Sequence record: PZ386957.1
Reading direction: 5' to 3' (one strand)
DNA: 64,000 nt
DNA from: a phage
This document shows, piece by piece, positions 53,477 through 64,000 of the stretch (the stretch's first letter is position 1; each line of letters starts with the position of its first letter). The notes below the pieces were generated by a model. The model ran no database searches, was not told the DNA's origin, and saw only the letters and a list, made by a program, of their open reading frames with translations. The position numbers were made by a program, and so were the translations under genes.

Positions 53477-54315
53477 TGGCACGACTTTCTAAACAAGAAC
53501 AAAAATTACACGACCGAGCAATGGAGTTGATCAATTCAGATCGTCAATTGACATATGAAGAAAAAGAATTTTGCTATAACAACTATCAGGGCGATGGTCT
53601 AGGCGGTTCAGGTGCATTCTTTACACCAGAAGGGCTTGCCTGGGATTTTACCATTGATGCACATTGTACAGGAAAGGTATTAGATCTTTGTGCTGGGATC
53701 GGTCGATTGTCTTTCTGTATGTTACATCGTTGCAAACCAGAAAAGATCGTATGCGTCGAACTCAATCCAGAATTTGCGCGGATCGGTAAACGACTATTAC
53801 CGGAAGCAGAATGGATCACAAGCGATGTATTCGAATTCGAATCAAGTGAAAAGTTTGATGTTGTGATCAGCAATCCACCTTTCGGAAAAATCAATACAAC
53901 CGACACAAAGGATGTATTCGAATACACTGGCGGTGAGTTTGAATTTAAGGTTATGACATTAGGCCAGAAGTTTGCCGATGTAGGTTATTTTATTGTTCCT
54001 GCTGGTTCCGCTGGTTTTGCCTATTCCGGTCGGCCTTATTATGATGGTACAGTAAAATCTAATAAATACCTAAAGTGGAGTAAGCAAACTGGTTTAGTGA
54101 CTTATGCCGGATGTGGGATTGATACTTCAATATATCGTGACGAATGGCATAGCACAAATGTACTAACGGAAGTCGTCGAAGTCAGATATTACGAAAAAGA
54201 AGCCGTAGAAGCAACTAAATCACAACCTAACGAACAAATAGAAGAAAGTAAGGCAATCACCTTACCTGATACAGAGAACGCGTCAGTGACGCTCTCAGAC
54301 TTGTTTGACATTTAA
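53476..54315 (+). CDS. Gamma-class SAM-dependent methyltransferase (probable N6-adenine DNA MTase)
   Basis: 279 aa; motif X GAFFTPEGLA, motif I VLDLCAGIGRLS, motif IV ISNPPFG in gamma order; terminator at 54322-54347. Confidence 0.75.
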   Translation: MARLSKQEQKLHDRAMELINSDRQLTYEEKEFCYNNYQGDGLGGSGAFFTPEGLAWDFTIDAHCTGKVLDLCAGIGRLSFCMLHRCKPEKIVCVELNPEFARIGKRLLPEAEWITSDVFEFESSEKFDVVISNPPFGKINTTDTKDVFEYTGGEFEFKVMTLGQKFADVGYFIVPAGSAGFAYSGRPYYDGTVKSNKYLKWSKQTGLVTYAGCGIDTSIYRDEWHSTNVLTEVVEVRYYEKEAVEATKSQPNEQIEESKAITLPDTENASVTLSDLFDI

Positions 54316-54321
54316 TATTGA

Positions 54322-54347
54322 TAGCCGTCCTTGTGGGCGGCTTTTTT
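54322..54347 (+). terminator. Intrinsic terminator after the methyltransferase gene
   Basis: AGCCGTCC-TTGT-GGGCGGCT then TTTTTTG. Confidence 0.6.
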
Positions 54348-54355
54348 GTATGTAT
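54348..54355 (+). promoter_or_regulatory. T4 late-type promoter TATAAATA (gene 9)
   Basis: Exact TATAAATA about 37 nt upstream of the gene 9 ATG. Confidence 0.6.
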
Positions 54356-54391
54356 TTTATAAATAACATATCATAACAAGAGGATTTAATA

Positions 54392-55246
54392 ATGGCACAG
54401 ATTCCAAAGAAAAGAATATCGACCGGTATTATCGGAAATCCATCAACGGGTGATATTCTGTACGATGGCGGTATTAAAATAAATGATAACTTTGATTCAA
54501 TTTATGATGCATTTGCCGATCAACGTTTTAATGATATCGACAACGGCGTAGGTAGAATGGTTATTCACGCTACAGGATATTATCAGAAACATACACGACA
54601 AAGTTATGCAGGGTCGGCAGTAGAGATTGGTAGTTTACATGATATTGATACTACTCAAGGCGCATTAGTAGTTATTCTCCCGAAAGCTAAGGTTGGCGAA
54701 GGTGTTGTTTTCATAAATAGTAACGGTAGCTTTTCTACAACCACACCACTAAACATTCGAGCACAAGCAGGTGATGCTATTGTTGGTTATTCTGGCGATG
54801 CAGCTATTACCCAACCTTACAGCAAAGTTACGGTATGGTGTACGGCAGTTGAAGGTAACAGAATGACGTGGCGCGTTGGTATTGAAAGTATGTTCACCGA
54901 CACAACTACACCAGTAGATAAAACGGTTAACGTAACTGGCGTGGCTACCAACGTAGCAATTGCTTCAAAGACAGAATACAACACAATTAAACTTTTGACA
55001 ACCGCTACAAATACGTCTGGCACTAAAATGCGGTCCAGCGAAACGCTGTTACTAATTGACGCGAAAGCAGGACAAGTTTATGCCACAGAATATGGCGTAC
55101 TACAGAAAACCGAAGATGAACTATACACGGTTCGTTATTTTATCGGTTCCGGTGATAAGGTATATGCAGAATATAAAGCCGTAGGTGAAAACATTCGATT
55201 AGCAATTAAGGCTACGGACACAGTTAAAATCGGGGTTGCTACATGA
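54392..55246 (+). CDS. 9: Baseplate wedge/tail-fibre socket protein gp9
   Basis: 284 aa (T4 gp9 is 288 aa); TATAAATA late promoter at 54348-54355. Confidence 0.8.
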   Translation: MAQIPKKRISTGIIGNPSTGDILYDGGIKINDNFDSIYDAFADQRFNDIDNGVGRMVIHATGYYQKHTRQSYAGSAVEIGSLHDIDTTQGALVVILPKAKVGEGVVFINSNGSFSTTTPLNIRAQAGDAIVGYSGDAAITQPYSKVTVWCTAVEGNRMTWRVGIESMFTDTTTPVDKTVNVTGVATNVAIASKTEYNTIKLLTTATNTSGTKMRSSETLLLIDAKAGQVYATEYGVLQKTEDELYTVRYFIGSGDKVYAEYKAVGENIRLAIKATDTVKIGVAT

Positions 55247-57045
55247 AACAATTAATTAATATCGGGAATGTCGTCGACGATGGCACTGGCGATTATCTAA
55301 GAAAAGGTGGGGAAAAGATCAACTCCAACTTTTCTGAAATTTATACTAAGCTGGGGGATGGTAGTATCCCTCATGCGTCCGGTGCATGGAAAACACACAC
55401 AAAAACACTTTTAAAACCTGCGTTTGGTGACGCGTGGGCTATCAATACTACGAATAATGCTGTAACGGTGGAACTACCTAAAGGTAAAACTGCCGATTAC
55501 AACAAAACAATTAAACTTCGCGATGTTTGGCGTTCATGGGCTGCACATAACGTAACGTTGAAACCAGCGCAAGGTGATACTATTAAGGGTTCACCGAACG
55601 ATCGTGAATTGTATAAAGACTTCATGGATGTTGAATTGGTATATTGTGCACCTGGACGCTGGGAATTTGTCGAAAACAAACGCATCGATACTATCACAAC
55701 TTCCGATTTAAGTACAGTAGCAAAAGAAGTTTATCTAGCTACGGAAGGACAAACTGACTTCCCTAATGTTTTTGGTTCAAATACCTATAATATCAACAAC
55801 GTAGAAGTTTATTATCGAGGAAACTTGCTGTACTATGGTAAAGATTTAACCGCAGATTCTAACTATGGTTCGATCGGCGAGAATGGGACTATTGTACCAC
55901 TTGACGGAAAGAGTATCAAATTACGTTTTCCGTGTTCCGCTGGTGATACTGTCCAGATTATTACCTATATGGACGGTATTGCTTCTTTCCGTTCCAGTTA
56001 CACTACCCACACGATCCGAGTTTATGAAACCGGAATGACTGCTCTTGAATCAATTCCCGGTGAAGTTTGGGTCGGTGAACTTGCTAATAAGAAAGAATTT
56101 ACTAATGCTGAATTAGGTGTGAGTAAACGAGATCTTATTAACCCAAATTCATTTGAATTGCTGATAAACGGCACACAAATGATTAAAGCGGGTGATGCGG
56201 ATTTACCTTCCTTTATTTGTGAAGGTGCTGACGGCGAAACAGAAGAAACGTGCGCACTTGCTGGTGGTCAATGGGTTCAATCTGGTGAAGATTATTCCTT
56301 GCTATTTGATGAAAACAGTGTTGTTACTGGCGTTAAATTGGCTAAACCACTGGATAACCGCGATACTCTTACTATTCGCTGGTTTAATAATGATATTGGT
56401 ACTTTGCTTGATTGGGATGGTGTTGGCGGTATTAAGGAAAAAGCAGATTTAATTTATCTGAATAACGAAGATGAAGTTAATCTGACTAATCAGATCGAAT
56501 ATACCGATTTTCAGAATCCTAGCCAGAAAAACACACGTCCAGTGGAAGAATATTCCGGTCGAATTATGGATATCTATTCCATGTTCGATATTTTCCATCC
56601 GGTAGGAACAATTTACGAAAACGCACATAACCCAGCTAACCCAGCAACATATATGGGATTCGGTATGTGGGTTAGGTATGGTGAAGGTGAATTTTTGGCT
56701 GGGTGGTCTTCCGATGCGGGTAATAAAAATTTTGCATTAAACAACAATGATCTTGATTCACAGGGACAACCGACACACACCGCTGGTGGTAATGGTGGTG
56801 AAATTGCATATCAAATCAAGAAAGATATGATTCCTGAATTACAGACCACTGATAAAGTTTTAGTGAAGGATGAAAACGGGACAGTTATTATCGGTGGTTG
56901 TCAGGTTGATCCTGATGCAACGGGTCCGGCATTTACAAAATACCGTGAGGATATTGTAAAAGTTAATGCAGGGAACACCGATCCATCAATGATGGGTATT
57001 CTTCCTCCATACAGAACTGTTTATCGCTGGTTAAGGGTGGCTTAA
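55243..57045 (+). CDS. 10: Baseplate wedge protein gp10
   Basis: 600 aa (T4 gp10 is 602 aa). Confidence 0.85.
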   Translation: MKQLINIGNVVDDGTGDYLRKGGEKINSNFSEIYTKLGDGSIPHASGAWKTHTKTLLKPAFGDAWAINTTNNAVTVELPKGKTADYNKTIKLRDVWRSWAAHNVTLKPAQGDTIKGSPNDRELYKDFMDVELVYCAPGRWEFVENKRIDTITTSDLSTVAKEVYLATEGQTDFPNVFGSNTYNINNVEVYYRGNLLYYGKDLTADSNYGSIGENGTIVPLDGKSIKLRFPCSAGDTVQIITYMDGIASFRSSYTTHTIRVYETGMTALESIPGEVWVGELANKKEFTNAELGVSKRDLINPNSFELLINGTQMIKAGDADLPSFICEGADGETEETCALAGGQWVQSGEDYSLLFDENSVVTGVKLAKPLDNRDTLTIRWFNNDIGTLLDWDGVGGIKEKADLIYLNNEDEVNLTNQIEYTDFQNPSQKNTRPVEEYSGRIMDIYSMFDIFHPVGTIYENAHNPANPATYMGFGMWVRYGEGEFLAGWSSDAGNKNFALNNNDLDSQGQPTHTAGGNGGEIAYQIKKDMIPELQTTDKVLVKDENGTVIIGGCQVDPDATGPAFTKYREDIVKVNAGNTDPSMMGILPPYRTVYRWLRVA

Positions 57046-57046
57046 T

Positions 57047-57691
57047 ATGATTTCTAAAACACGGTCTAAAGCTAGTGCATTTTCTAATGACGCAGCATTT
57101 ATTTCATATGATCCGGGATCGAAAGATCCCGTTATCGGCAACTCTCGTCCGATTGGTGGTGTGAGTGTTGACCAATCCCGCAAGGGTTCTTATATCAATA
57201 ACGTACAATCGGCTATTGATGACCTGTATTCTTTATCCATGATCCGAATCGGTGATGTGCTGGTAACAACCAATTCAACTCCACCGCAAGCAGCCGGACA
57301 GATTGAAACATTATCTTTTACGGGTACAGTTAATAACCAACATGATCCAGAAGCAAAGAAAGTTCAAATTGATGTATTGGGATATCCGTTTATTGTTGAT
57401 GTTGGTACATCCGGCGTTGCTCTATGTGAGAAAGTTACGGCTAAATTTACTGAATTGATGGGTCAAAATACTATATTTAAAACAGTAAAACGTAAAGGTT
57501 CCGGTAACGACCAGATTGAAATCCATTATATTGATTCAATGGATCATCCAGCGACTAATATTAACAAATATGGAATTTCTATCACCGGGGAAATTAATTC
57601 CCCAGCCAGAACTGGCTATGGTTCATGGTCGCGTATGGGAACAGAAGAAAAGTTTAATACGACGCTTTATTATTTTAAACGCATTGCATAA
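57047..57691 (+). CDS. 11: Baseplate wedge protein gp11
   Basis: 214 aa (T4 gp11 is 219 aa). Confidence 0.8.
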   Translation: MISKTRSKASAFSNDAAFISYDPGSKDPVIGNSRPIGGVSVDQSRKGSYINNVQSAIDDLYSLSMIRIGDVLVTTNSTPPQAAGQIETLSFTGTVNNQHDPEAKKVQIDVLGYPFIVDVGTSGVALCEKVTAKFTELMGQNTIFKTVKRKGSGNDQIEIHYIDSMDHPATNINKYGISITGEINSPARTGYGSWSRMGTEEKFNTTLYYFKRIA

Positions 57692-57698
57692 GGTGTGA

Positions 57699-59105
57699 AT
57701 GATGGCAAACAATACTATTAACCACGTAAAAGACGATGCTCAATATGTCAAATTTAATCCTACAGGGTCATGGCCTACAAATATTAAAAACGTGCAAGCG
57801 GCATTAGCCGCTATTCAGGGCTTTGCTGTAGCTGGTTTACCCGCCGCAACCGAATCTGTTGCTGGCATCGCTGAAATTGCAACTCAGGAAGAAGTTAACG
57901 CAGGGACAGTAGATAATAAAATTGTAACGCCAAAAACGCTGGCAGTTAAAATGTCTCGTCCTGATGCGACTAAACTCGTTAAGGGTATTACCCGTTTTGC
58001 AAATAATCAGGAAGCATTATCGAAAGCCGAAAACATCGCAATTGGTCCTGATACCCTAGACCATTATTTTAATTCTAAAAAATCGACCGAAACCGTTCAG
58101 GGTACTATTAAACTATGTACTATGGAAGCTGCGAAAATCGGTAGCGATGATACGATGGCTGTTACTCCGAAGAAAATGCACGCGGCTATTTCTCAGATCG
58201 TGCCAGGTTTAATTCCAGACCAGAATACTGCATCTGAAAGCACTCAGGGTTTAGTACAATTAGCAACAAACGCGCAAGTATTACAAGGAACAATCCGAGA
58301 AGGATTTGCAATTAGCCCGTATTCGTTCGCTAATGCCCGTGCTAATGAAAATCAGGCTGGTACTGTCAAGATCGCATCCCAATCTCAGATGAACGCAGGG
58401 ACAGATGATACAGTCGCGGTATCAGCTAAAAAATTTGCTAACACAAGAGCAACGACAAGTCAATATGGTATAGTTAAATTGCGCGATACTTTAGGTAGTG
58501 AGGCTAACGCAGCATTATCCTCAAATGCTCGCGTATTATCTTCCGATGGTGGTGTAGTTAACGGTGACGTTTATCGGCATGGACGATCAGACGGAAACCA
58601 GTTTACAACTAAAAACGAGATGGATGCATGGTCTATGCCTATTGGTGCAATTATCTTAACTGCATTCAATAGCAACGACCACGGTGCATTTAAAATCTGT
58701 AATGGACAATGGTTAGAAAAAGATCGTTACCCAACGCTATTTGCTCGTATCGGGTATACTTACGGTGGTAACGGTGGTAGTCATTTTGCGGTTCCAGATA
58801 TGCGCGGCCTTGTTGCTCGTGGATGTGACTGGGGTCGTGGTTTAGATCCAGGCCGTGGATTTGGCACGTATCAAGATGACACTATGCAGCAGATGACAGG
58901 ACATTTCCCGTCTGCTAACAGATGGCGTGGTTGGACAGGTGGTGCATTTACCATTTCAGGTGGTCAATGGAGCACGAACTATAAAAGCGGGGGCGGTGAC
59001 GATTGGGGTAGTACAGTATATTTTGATAGCGCACGTCAAGTCAGAACATCGGGTGAGACACGAGTTAAAAGCCTTGCATTAAACTACGTTATAAGGGTAC
59101 AATAA
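57699..59105 (+). CDS. 12: Short tail fibre protein gp12
   Basis: 468 aa; repetitive N-terminal region and Gly-rich C-terminal receptor-binding region; conserved order. Confidence 0.75.
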   Translation: MMANNTINHVKDDAQYVKFNPTGSWPTNIKNVQAALAAIQGFAVAGLPAATESVAGIAEIATQEEVNAGTVDNKIVTPKTLAVKMSRPDATKLVKGITRFANNQEALSKAENIAIGPDTLDHYFNSKKSTETVQGTIKLCTMEAAKIGSDDTMAVTPKKMHAAISQIVPGLIPDQNTASESTQGLVQLATNAQVLQGTIREGFAISPYSFANARANENQAGTVKIASQSQMNAGTDDTVAVSAKKFANTRATTSQYGIVKLRDTLGSEANAALSSNARVLSSDGGVVNGDVYRHGRSDGNQFTTKNEMDAWSMPIGAIILTAFNSNDHGAFKICNGQWLEKDRYPTLFARIGYTYGGNGGSHFAVPDMRGLVARGCDWGRGLDPGRGFGTYQDDTMQQMTGHFPSANRWRGWTGGAFTISGGQWSTNYKSGGGDDWGSTVYFDSARQVRTSGETRVKSLALNYVIRVQ

Positions 59106-60874
59106 TGATTGAACAGCTAAACATTCGTAACATTCCTAACGTTGATGGTGTTCCGGGCGAAGGTCAACACACTATCATGTGGATGAAAAATGGCGAATGT
59201 TTAAGCGCAGCAACTACCCAGACTGGTCATGATGGTACGCTTAACCGCGTACCTTATGCTATTCAGGAAAACGTTGTTCGCTTAGACGAAAACGCCAAAA
59301 CAACCAAGACAAAAGTTAACGAGATTGTAACGGCAGTAAATGACATTAAAGCAACGCTGGGTGCAGTCGGTGACGGTAGCGTTATTGACATTGTAAACCA
59401 GACTATCGAGCATGTAAAGGTCGTAGAAAATAATGTCGGGGAAACTGCACGGACAGTGCAAACTGCCGTTGATGAACTCGCTCAGGTTAAAATCAAGATC
59501 GGTGAACGTCCGGCGGCAGATCCGAGCACCCGCTCGATCTATGATGACATTTCTTTCATCAAACAGGAAATGGGTGCTTTCCCTAGCTTTAATATCAATG
59601 GCGCACCTGATGCGGGTAGTTCCGGTTCCGGTCTGAAATATCGTGTAATGCAGAATACCGCAGCACTCAATGATCACGGGCAGCGAATCGTCCAGCTTGA
59701 AAGCGATTGGCAGGATTCAGACGTAGGCGAACTGACTACACAGGTTAACAAACTTCGTCTAGAATTAGGTGATTCTGGTCTGGCAACACAGGATAATGTG
59801 TATCTCCGTTTGCGCACCAATACCCGCAATATTGCTAACTTATCAAATGAGATTGTAGAAGTCAAGAAAGCAATTTTGTTTGATGCGGTTCCTGATCTGG
59901 GAACTAAAGTTACTACCCTGCAATCTGATTATGAACGTCTGAATAATGAGGTTAACGGGGTAAGTTCCGGTATTCGTCCACGATTAACTACACTGGAAAC
60001 TAAGATCGGCAATGCTCAAGCCGCAGGAAGTATTGATTATCGTTTAACCAACCAAGAACGTGAATTTGCCACGCTGCAAACTACTGTCGGTGTTAGTGGT
60101 GCTGATGGCCTACGTGGTGAAGTTGCACGCCTTGCTAATCAGATCGGGACCGATGTTGATCGTCATACTCTCGCGGGTCGTATCAAGATTGTAGAGAACA
60201 CACAAGGCCGATTAGAAGCAAGTATTCAGGATATTGAGGATATCATGGGAAACCATGAAGCTGGTATGGTCGCGGGGATGATGAAAATTTCTACCGACTT
60301 ATACGGCGATCCACAAGGTACTGATCAATTTGCACAAGATGGTATTGTGAAAACTGTCAAGGCGATCCAGAAATCTGATGCGGGTAAAGTATCCGATGTT
60401 CCTGATGACGGATTCCATTATCTCCGTAAACACGGCGAATGGGTGCAAGTGGCATATGCGGCAGGGGCATTCAAAAATACCGCTGACATTACAGTAGAAC
60501 TTGATGCACAAGATGCTTATAAGGGCATTCCTTTGACTGATATGACCGCAGAAGTTCCGGTGCGCCAGATGGTTAAAAGTGAATCTCTTGTTACGGTTCA
60601 GGACAAAGGTTTATTCCGTTGTGTATTCCGTACATCAATTCACGCGCAACATAACGCAACCTTCATTGTTGGTATTTTCAAAAACGGACAATTGGCACAC
60701 GAGGTCAAAAATGGTCACTATGGCACTGATGAATTAATTAGCTATTCTACCAGTGCGTTTCTAAATATTGAAAAAGGTGACAATATTGATATTCGTATTA
60801 AGGGTGTTTCTGCCGAGGCAGTAGCCCAGCCAGTACAAATTAAAGAGTTCCTCTTTGGGATTTCTCCGGTTTAA
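59105..60874 (+). CDS. wac: Fibritin (whisker) Wac
   Basis: 589-aa largely coiled-coil protein between 12 and 13. Confidence 0.75.
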   Translation: MIEQLNIRNIPNVDGVPGEGQHTIMWMKNGECLSAATTQTGHDGTLNRVPYAIQENVVRLDENAKTTKTKVNEIVTAVNDIKATLGAVGDGSVIDIVNQTIEHVKVVENNVGETARTVQTAVDELAQVKIKIGERPAADPSTRSIYDDISFIKQEMGAFPSFNINGAPDAGSSGSGLKYRVMQNTAALNDHGQRIVQLESDWQDSDVGELTTQVNKLRLELGDSGLATQDNVYLRLRTNTRNIANLSNEIVEVKKAILFDAVPDLGTKVTTLQSDYERLNNEVNGVSSGIRPRLTTLETKIGNAQAAGSIDYRLTNQEREFATLQTTVGVSGADGLRGEVARLANQIGTDVDRHTLAGRIKIVENTQGRLEASIQDIEDIMGNHEAGMVAGMMKISTDLYGDPQGTDQFAQDGIVKTVKAIQKSDAGKVSDVPDDGFHYLRKHGEWVQVAYAAGAFKNTADITVELDAQDAYKGIPLTDMTAEVPVRQMVKSESLVTVQDKGLFRCVFRTSIHAQHNATFIVGIFKNGQLAHEVKNGHYGTDELISYSTSAFLNIEKGDNIDIRIKGVSAEAVAQPVQIKEFLFGISPV

Positions 60875-60883
60875 GAAATATTA

Positions 60884-60908
60884 AAGGGGCGAAAGCCCCT
60901 TTTTCGTT
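60884..60908 (+). terminator. Intrinsic terminator after wac
   Basis: AGGGGC-GAAA-GCCCCT then TTTTTCGTTT. Confidence 0.7.
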
Positions 60909-60921
60909 TATAGGTGATAAT

Positions 60922-61854
60922 ATGTCAGGATATGTAACAAATAATCCGCGTGAATTAAAAGATGCTATTCTCCGTCGATTGGGTGCACCTGTAATTAATA
61001 TCGAGGTGACAGAAGACCAGATTTATGATTGTATTCAACGGGCATTAGAACTCTATGGAGAATATCATTTTGATGGTGTGAATAAAGGTTATAAGGTATT
61101 TCATGTTAGCGCAGAACAAGCACAACACGGGGTATTTGATTTAAGCGATTCCGGTGTGTATGCAGTGACTAAAATCATTCGAACTAACGTAGGCAGCGCG
61201 GCGACGATGGATGGTACTGCCGTTTATCCGTGGTTTACTGACTTCCTGTTAGGTTTAGCGGGTGTAAACGGTGGATTGGGATCTGGTTGCAGTAAATTCT
61301 ATGGTCCAAATGCAATGGGCGGTGATTTGGGTTACTTCGCCCAGCTTATGAGCTATCGCGCTACTATGCAAAATATGCTTAATCCACTTCCAGATTACTG
61401 GTATAATAGTGCAAACGGACAATTAAAAATTACTGGTAACTTCCGTGCGGGTGATCTGATTGTAGCGGAAGTATATGTGAAAAGCTATATTGATGTTCCT
61501 GATATGATGGGGTCGGTGGCTGGTTATGCTCGCGCTGGCGGGTGTGCTACTATCGGTGACATTGATGCAATATATGATAATCCTACCGCTGGATTAAATG
61601 GCATTGTTGCTGGCATGGGTTCTATGCGTGAAAATAATCAAGGTGCATATAATAACCGTTGGGTGAAAGATTGCGCAACGGCGTTTGTTAAGGAATGTTG
61701 GGGTAATATCATGGCTAAACATCAAGGGCTACAATTGCCAGGTGGTGTCACTGTTGATGGTATCAGAATCATAGAAGAAGCGAGAGTAGAAATAGAACGA
61801 CTGCGAGAAGAATTAATGGATCTCGATCCTCCATTTGGTATCCTCATGATTTGA
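60922..61854 (+). CDS. 13: Neck protein gp13
   Basis: 310 aa (T4 gp13 is 309 aa). Confidence 0.8.
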   Translation: MSGYVTNNPRELKDAILRRLGAPVINIEVTEDQIYDCIQRALELYGEYHFDGVNKGYKVFHVSAEQAQHGVFDLSDSGVYAVTKIIRTNVGSAATMDGTAVYPWFTDFLLGLAGVNGGLGSGCSKFYGPNAMGGDLGYFAQLMSYRATMQNMLNPLPDYWYNSANGQLKITGNFRAGDLIVAEVYVKSYIDVPDMMGSVAGYARAGGCATIGDIDAIYDNPTAGLNGIVAGMGSMRENNQGAYNNRWVKDCATAFVKECWGNIMAKHQGLQLPGGVTVDGIRIIEEARVEIERLREELMDLDPPFGILMI

Positions 61855-61889
61855 TTAATACGGGGAGAAATCCCCGTTTGGAGTAACAC

Positions 61890-62630
61890 ATGTTCAATAA
61901 TACTCTCTTTGCCCGTTTAGAATCCCAAAAGGACTACGAGCATACACGACAAACAGAGATTCTCAATCCCTACGTAAACTTCAATCGACATACTAATACC
62001 CAGACATTAGCCGATGTGATGGTCGCTGAATCTATTCAGATGCGCGGGGTAGAATTATATTATATTCCTCGTGAATTTGTCAAGCCCGATATGATCTTTG
62101 GTGAGGATGTTCAAAGCAAATTTACTAAAGCATGGAAATTTGCTGCATATATCAATTCATTTGATGGATATGAAGGGGCGGGTAATTTCTTCCAATCTTT
62201 CGGTTATACTGCAAACGACGAATTAACTTTTACGGTTAACCCCAACCTATTCAAACATCAAGTAGATGGTCAAGAGCCGAAAGCTGGTGACTTGATTTAT
62301 ATACCAATGAGCAATGATCTCTTTGAAATCAATTACTTAGAGCCGTTCCAGCCGTTTTTTCAGAACGGAAAGAACGCCATGCGTAAAATTATTGCAGAGA
62401 AATTTGTGTATAGCGGTGAAGAACTACGACCAGAATTACAGCGTAATGATGGAATTAATATCGACGAGTTCGCGGATCTGGACCTTGCACCAATCACTAA
62501 TCTGGATGGATTGACAGACATTAATCTTGACCAATATAAAGAAGATAAGCAATTCAGAAGCGAAGGACAGGATTTTATTCAACCGTTCGATCCGATTAAT
62601 GGTGTCGGTTCTCCTTTTGCTGATTTTTGA
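61890..62630 (+). CDS. 14: Neck protein gp14
   Basis: 246 aa (T4 gp14 is 256 aa). Confidence 0.8.
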   Translation: MFNNTLFARLESQKDYEHTRQTEILNPYVNFNRHTNTQTLADVMVAESIQMRGVELYYIPREFVKPDMIFGEDVQSKFTKAWKFAAYINSFDGYEGAGNFFQSFGYTANDELTFTVNPNLFKHQVDGQEPKAGDLIYIPMSNDLFEINYLEPFQPFFQNGKNAMRKIIAEKFVYSGEELRPELQRNDGINIDEFADLDLAPITNLDGLTDINLDQYKEDKQFRSEGQDFIQPFDPINGVGSPFADF

Positions 62631-62656
62631 TAAATACTCATAAAAGGAGGTATATT

Positions 62657-63490
62657 TTGTTCGCATGGTCATATAATTCGTCGATTCGACGATATATTGT
62701 ATTGCTAGGTAATTTATTCTCCGGCGTACAGATTAAAAGGGTGCGTAGTGATGGTGAGCGTTATATTAAAGTTCCTATCACCTATGCGAAGAAAGAAAAA
62801 TTCATGATGAGTCTGGACAAATACAACAATATTGCAAGCGAAGAAGATGTTGCAAAGGTAGAAACAATTCTACCGCGTATGTGTCTTTCTTTGATCGATA
62901 TGTCTTACGCTCAGAACTTTAAAACCAATATTGCTAATAAAACAACTCCACGTTATACAGAAAATGGAATAAAGAGCATAACTCAATATAATCCGGTTCC
63001 GTATAAGTTTACGTTTGAGTTAGGGATTTATACTAGACATGAAGATGATATGTTTCAGATAATTGAACAGATTCTTCCTTATTTCCAGCCTCATTTCAAC
63101 TGTAAGATTAAAGAACTACACGGTAATGATGTATGGATCGACCGAGATATTCAGGTCACTATTAGCTCTATTACTCCAGATGAACAGGTAGGCGAAGATA
63201 AGTTTTCTCGTCGCCGTCTTGAGTGGACCATTATGTTTGAGTTTATCGGGTTTATATATCCTCCTGCAACCGACGTTAAAGGAGAGATCAGGACGATTTA
63301 TCTTGATTTTCATGCTAATTCCCGTGAATTAAATCCTAGCGGTAATTTTGAATCGGTGGACCATGAGGTGGTGAGTCGAAATGTAGATCAGAGCAAATGG
63401 GATGGAAATAGCCGAGAATCATATTCTAGTGATATTCCTGTACCAGTTGCACCGACTCCACCGGGTCCACGTATTGTAAGAGAATTTTAA
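62657..63490 (+). CDS. 15: Tail sheath stabiliser/completion protein gp15
   Basis: FAWSYNSSIRRY..PITYAKKEKFMM..VAKVETILPRM..DDMFQIIEQILPYFQPHF match T4 gp15; probable TTG start at 62657 after RBS GGAGG. Confidence 0.85.
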   Translation: MFAWSYNSSIRRYIVLLGNLFSGVQIKRVRSDGERYIKVPITYAKKEKFMMSLDKYNNIASEEDVAKVETILPRMCLSLIDMSYAQNFKTNIANKTTPRYTENGIKSITQYNPVPYKFTFELGIYTRHEDDMFQIIEQILPYFQPHFNCKIKELHGNDVWIDRDIQVTISSITPDEQVGEDKFSRRRLEWTIMFEFIGFIYPPATDVKGEIRTIYLDFHANSRELNPSGNFESVDHEVVSRNVDQSKWDGNSRESYSSDIPVPVAPTPPGPRIVREF

Positions 63491-63503
63491 GAGGTAATTT
63501 ATT

Positions 63504-64000
63504 ATGTCAGATCTAGGCTTAGATATGAAGCAATTAATGAATTTCGAAAGTCTAGGTCTTCCGGGGTCATTCGACGCGGAAGAAGATCGAGTGAGTTATG
63601 ATCCGCTCGTCTTGACTCCGGTCGAAAGTCATCCAGAAGATCGCACAATTGACTTACAACGAGATTATAATGAGGCACGCCAGAACATTCATTTTCAGAA
63701 TCAGATGATGATGGACGCCGCAAAGATTTATCTTGAACTTGCTAAAAATAGCGAGTCTCCACGATTCTTACAAGCATTTAACGGTCTCATGCAGCAAATG
63801 AGCAACAACAATAAAGAATTGCTGAATATCCATAAGGATATGAAGAAAATCACCGAGGAAGCAGGTGCTAAGAAAAAAGATAATAATGTACCCGCCGCAC
63901 CAGTTAATATCCAGAATGCGACTGTCTTTATGGGTTCTCCTAGTGATTTAATGGATGAAATCGAAGACGAAGAAGCGCGAGTTATTGAAGGTGAGACAGT
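63504..64000 (+). CDS. 16: Terminase small subunit gp16 (3' end truncated by window)
   Basis: ATG at 63504; NIQNATVFMGSPSDLMDEI and HFQNQMMMDAAKIYLELAKN match T4 gp16. Confidence 0.85.
   Translation, partial: MSDLGLDMKQLMNFESLGLPGSFDAEEDRVSYDPLVLTPVESHPEDRTIDLQRDYNEARQNIHFQNQMMMDAAKIYLELAKNSESPRFLQAFNGLMQQMSNNNKELLNIHKDMKKITEEAGAKKKDNNVPAAPVNIQNATVFMGSPSDLMDEIEDEEARVIEGET

Noticed and set aside
63502-63723. Minus-strand 73-aa ORF
   Set aside because: Lies entirely within the well-supported plus-strand gp16 terminase small subunit gene; antisense artefact.
1-64000. Prophage/integrative element features (integrase, att sites), CRISPR arrays, tRNA genes
   Set aside because: None detected: no tyrosine or serine recombinase signatures among the ORFs, no regularly spaced direct repeats with spacers, and no convincing tRNA structure in the few non-coding gaps.

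Overview
This window is a T4-like (Tevenvirinae-type) myophage segment with the T4 backbone order conserved: 46-47-55-nrdH-nrdG-nrdD-49-nrdC-dam ... rI-like-tk ... 57B-57A-1-3-2-4 on the minus strand (about 1-43 kb), then the late baseplate/neck cluster 53-5-5.4-6-7-8-9-10-11-12-wac-13-14-15-16 on the plus strand (about 43-64 kb). Core gene calls rest on motifs read directly from the translations; no database search was possible. Between the core genes lie hyperplastic regions of small ORFs, each typically bracketed by an intrinsic terminator and a sigma70-like promoter whose -10 or spacer lies inside a variable inverted repeat, followed by a conserved leader. The most interesting content is accessory: (i) a promoter-driven three-gene cassette ending in a gamma-class methyltransferase, inserted between baseplate genes 8 and 9; (ii) two tandem paralog families sharing a GKTY-x-WKD module plus a coiled-coil tail; (iii) a TARG1-like macro-domain protein, a Pol-beta-type nucleotidyltransferase, a GrcA-like glycyl-radical protein and an Acb1-like 2H phosphoesterase, all candidate host-defence or metabolism modulators; (iv) a glycine-rich protein and a 715-aa Ig-like protein; (v) arrays of small two-TM membrane proteins; (vi) an HNH-AP2 homing endonuclease between 5.4 and 6; (vii) an unannotated 56-aa glycine-zipper-like peptide and a roughly 150-nt ORF-free structured region. 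No glucosyltransferase gene sits in the T4 a-gt position, and the endolysin is an M15 peptidase rather than a T4 lysozyme. No tRNA, CRISPR array or integrase was found.
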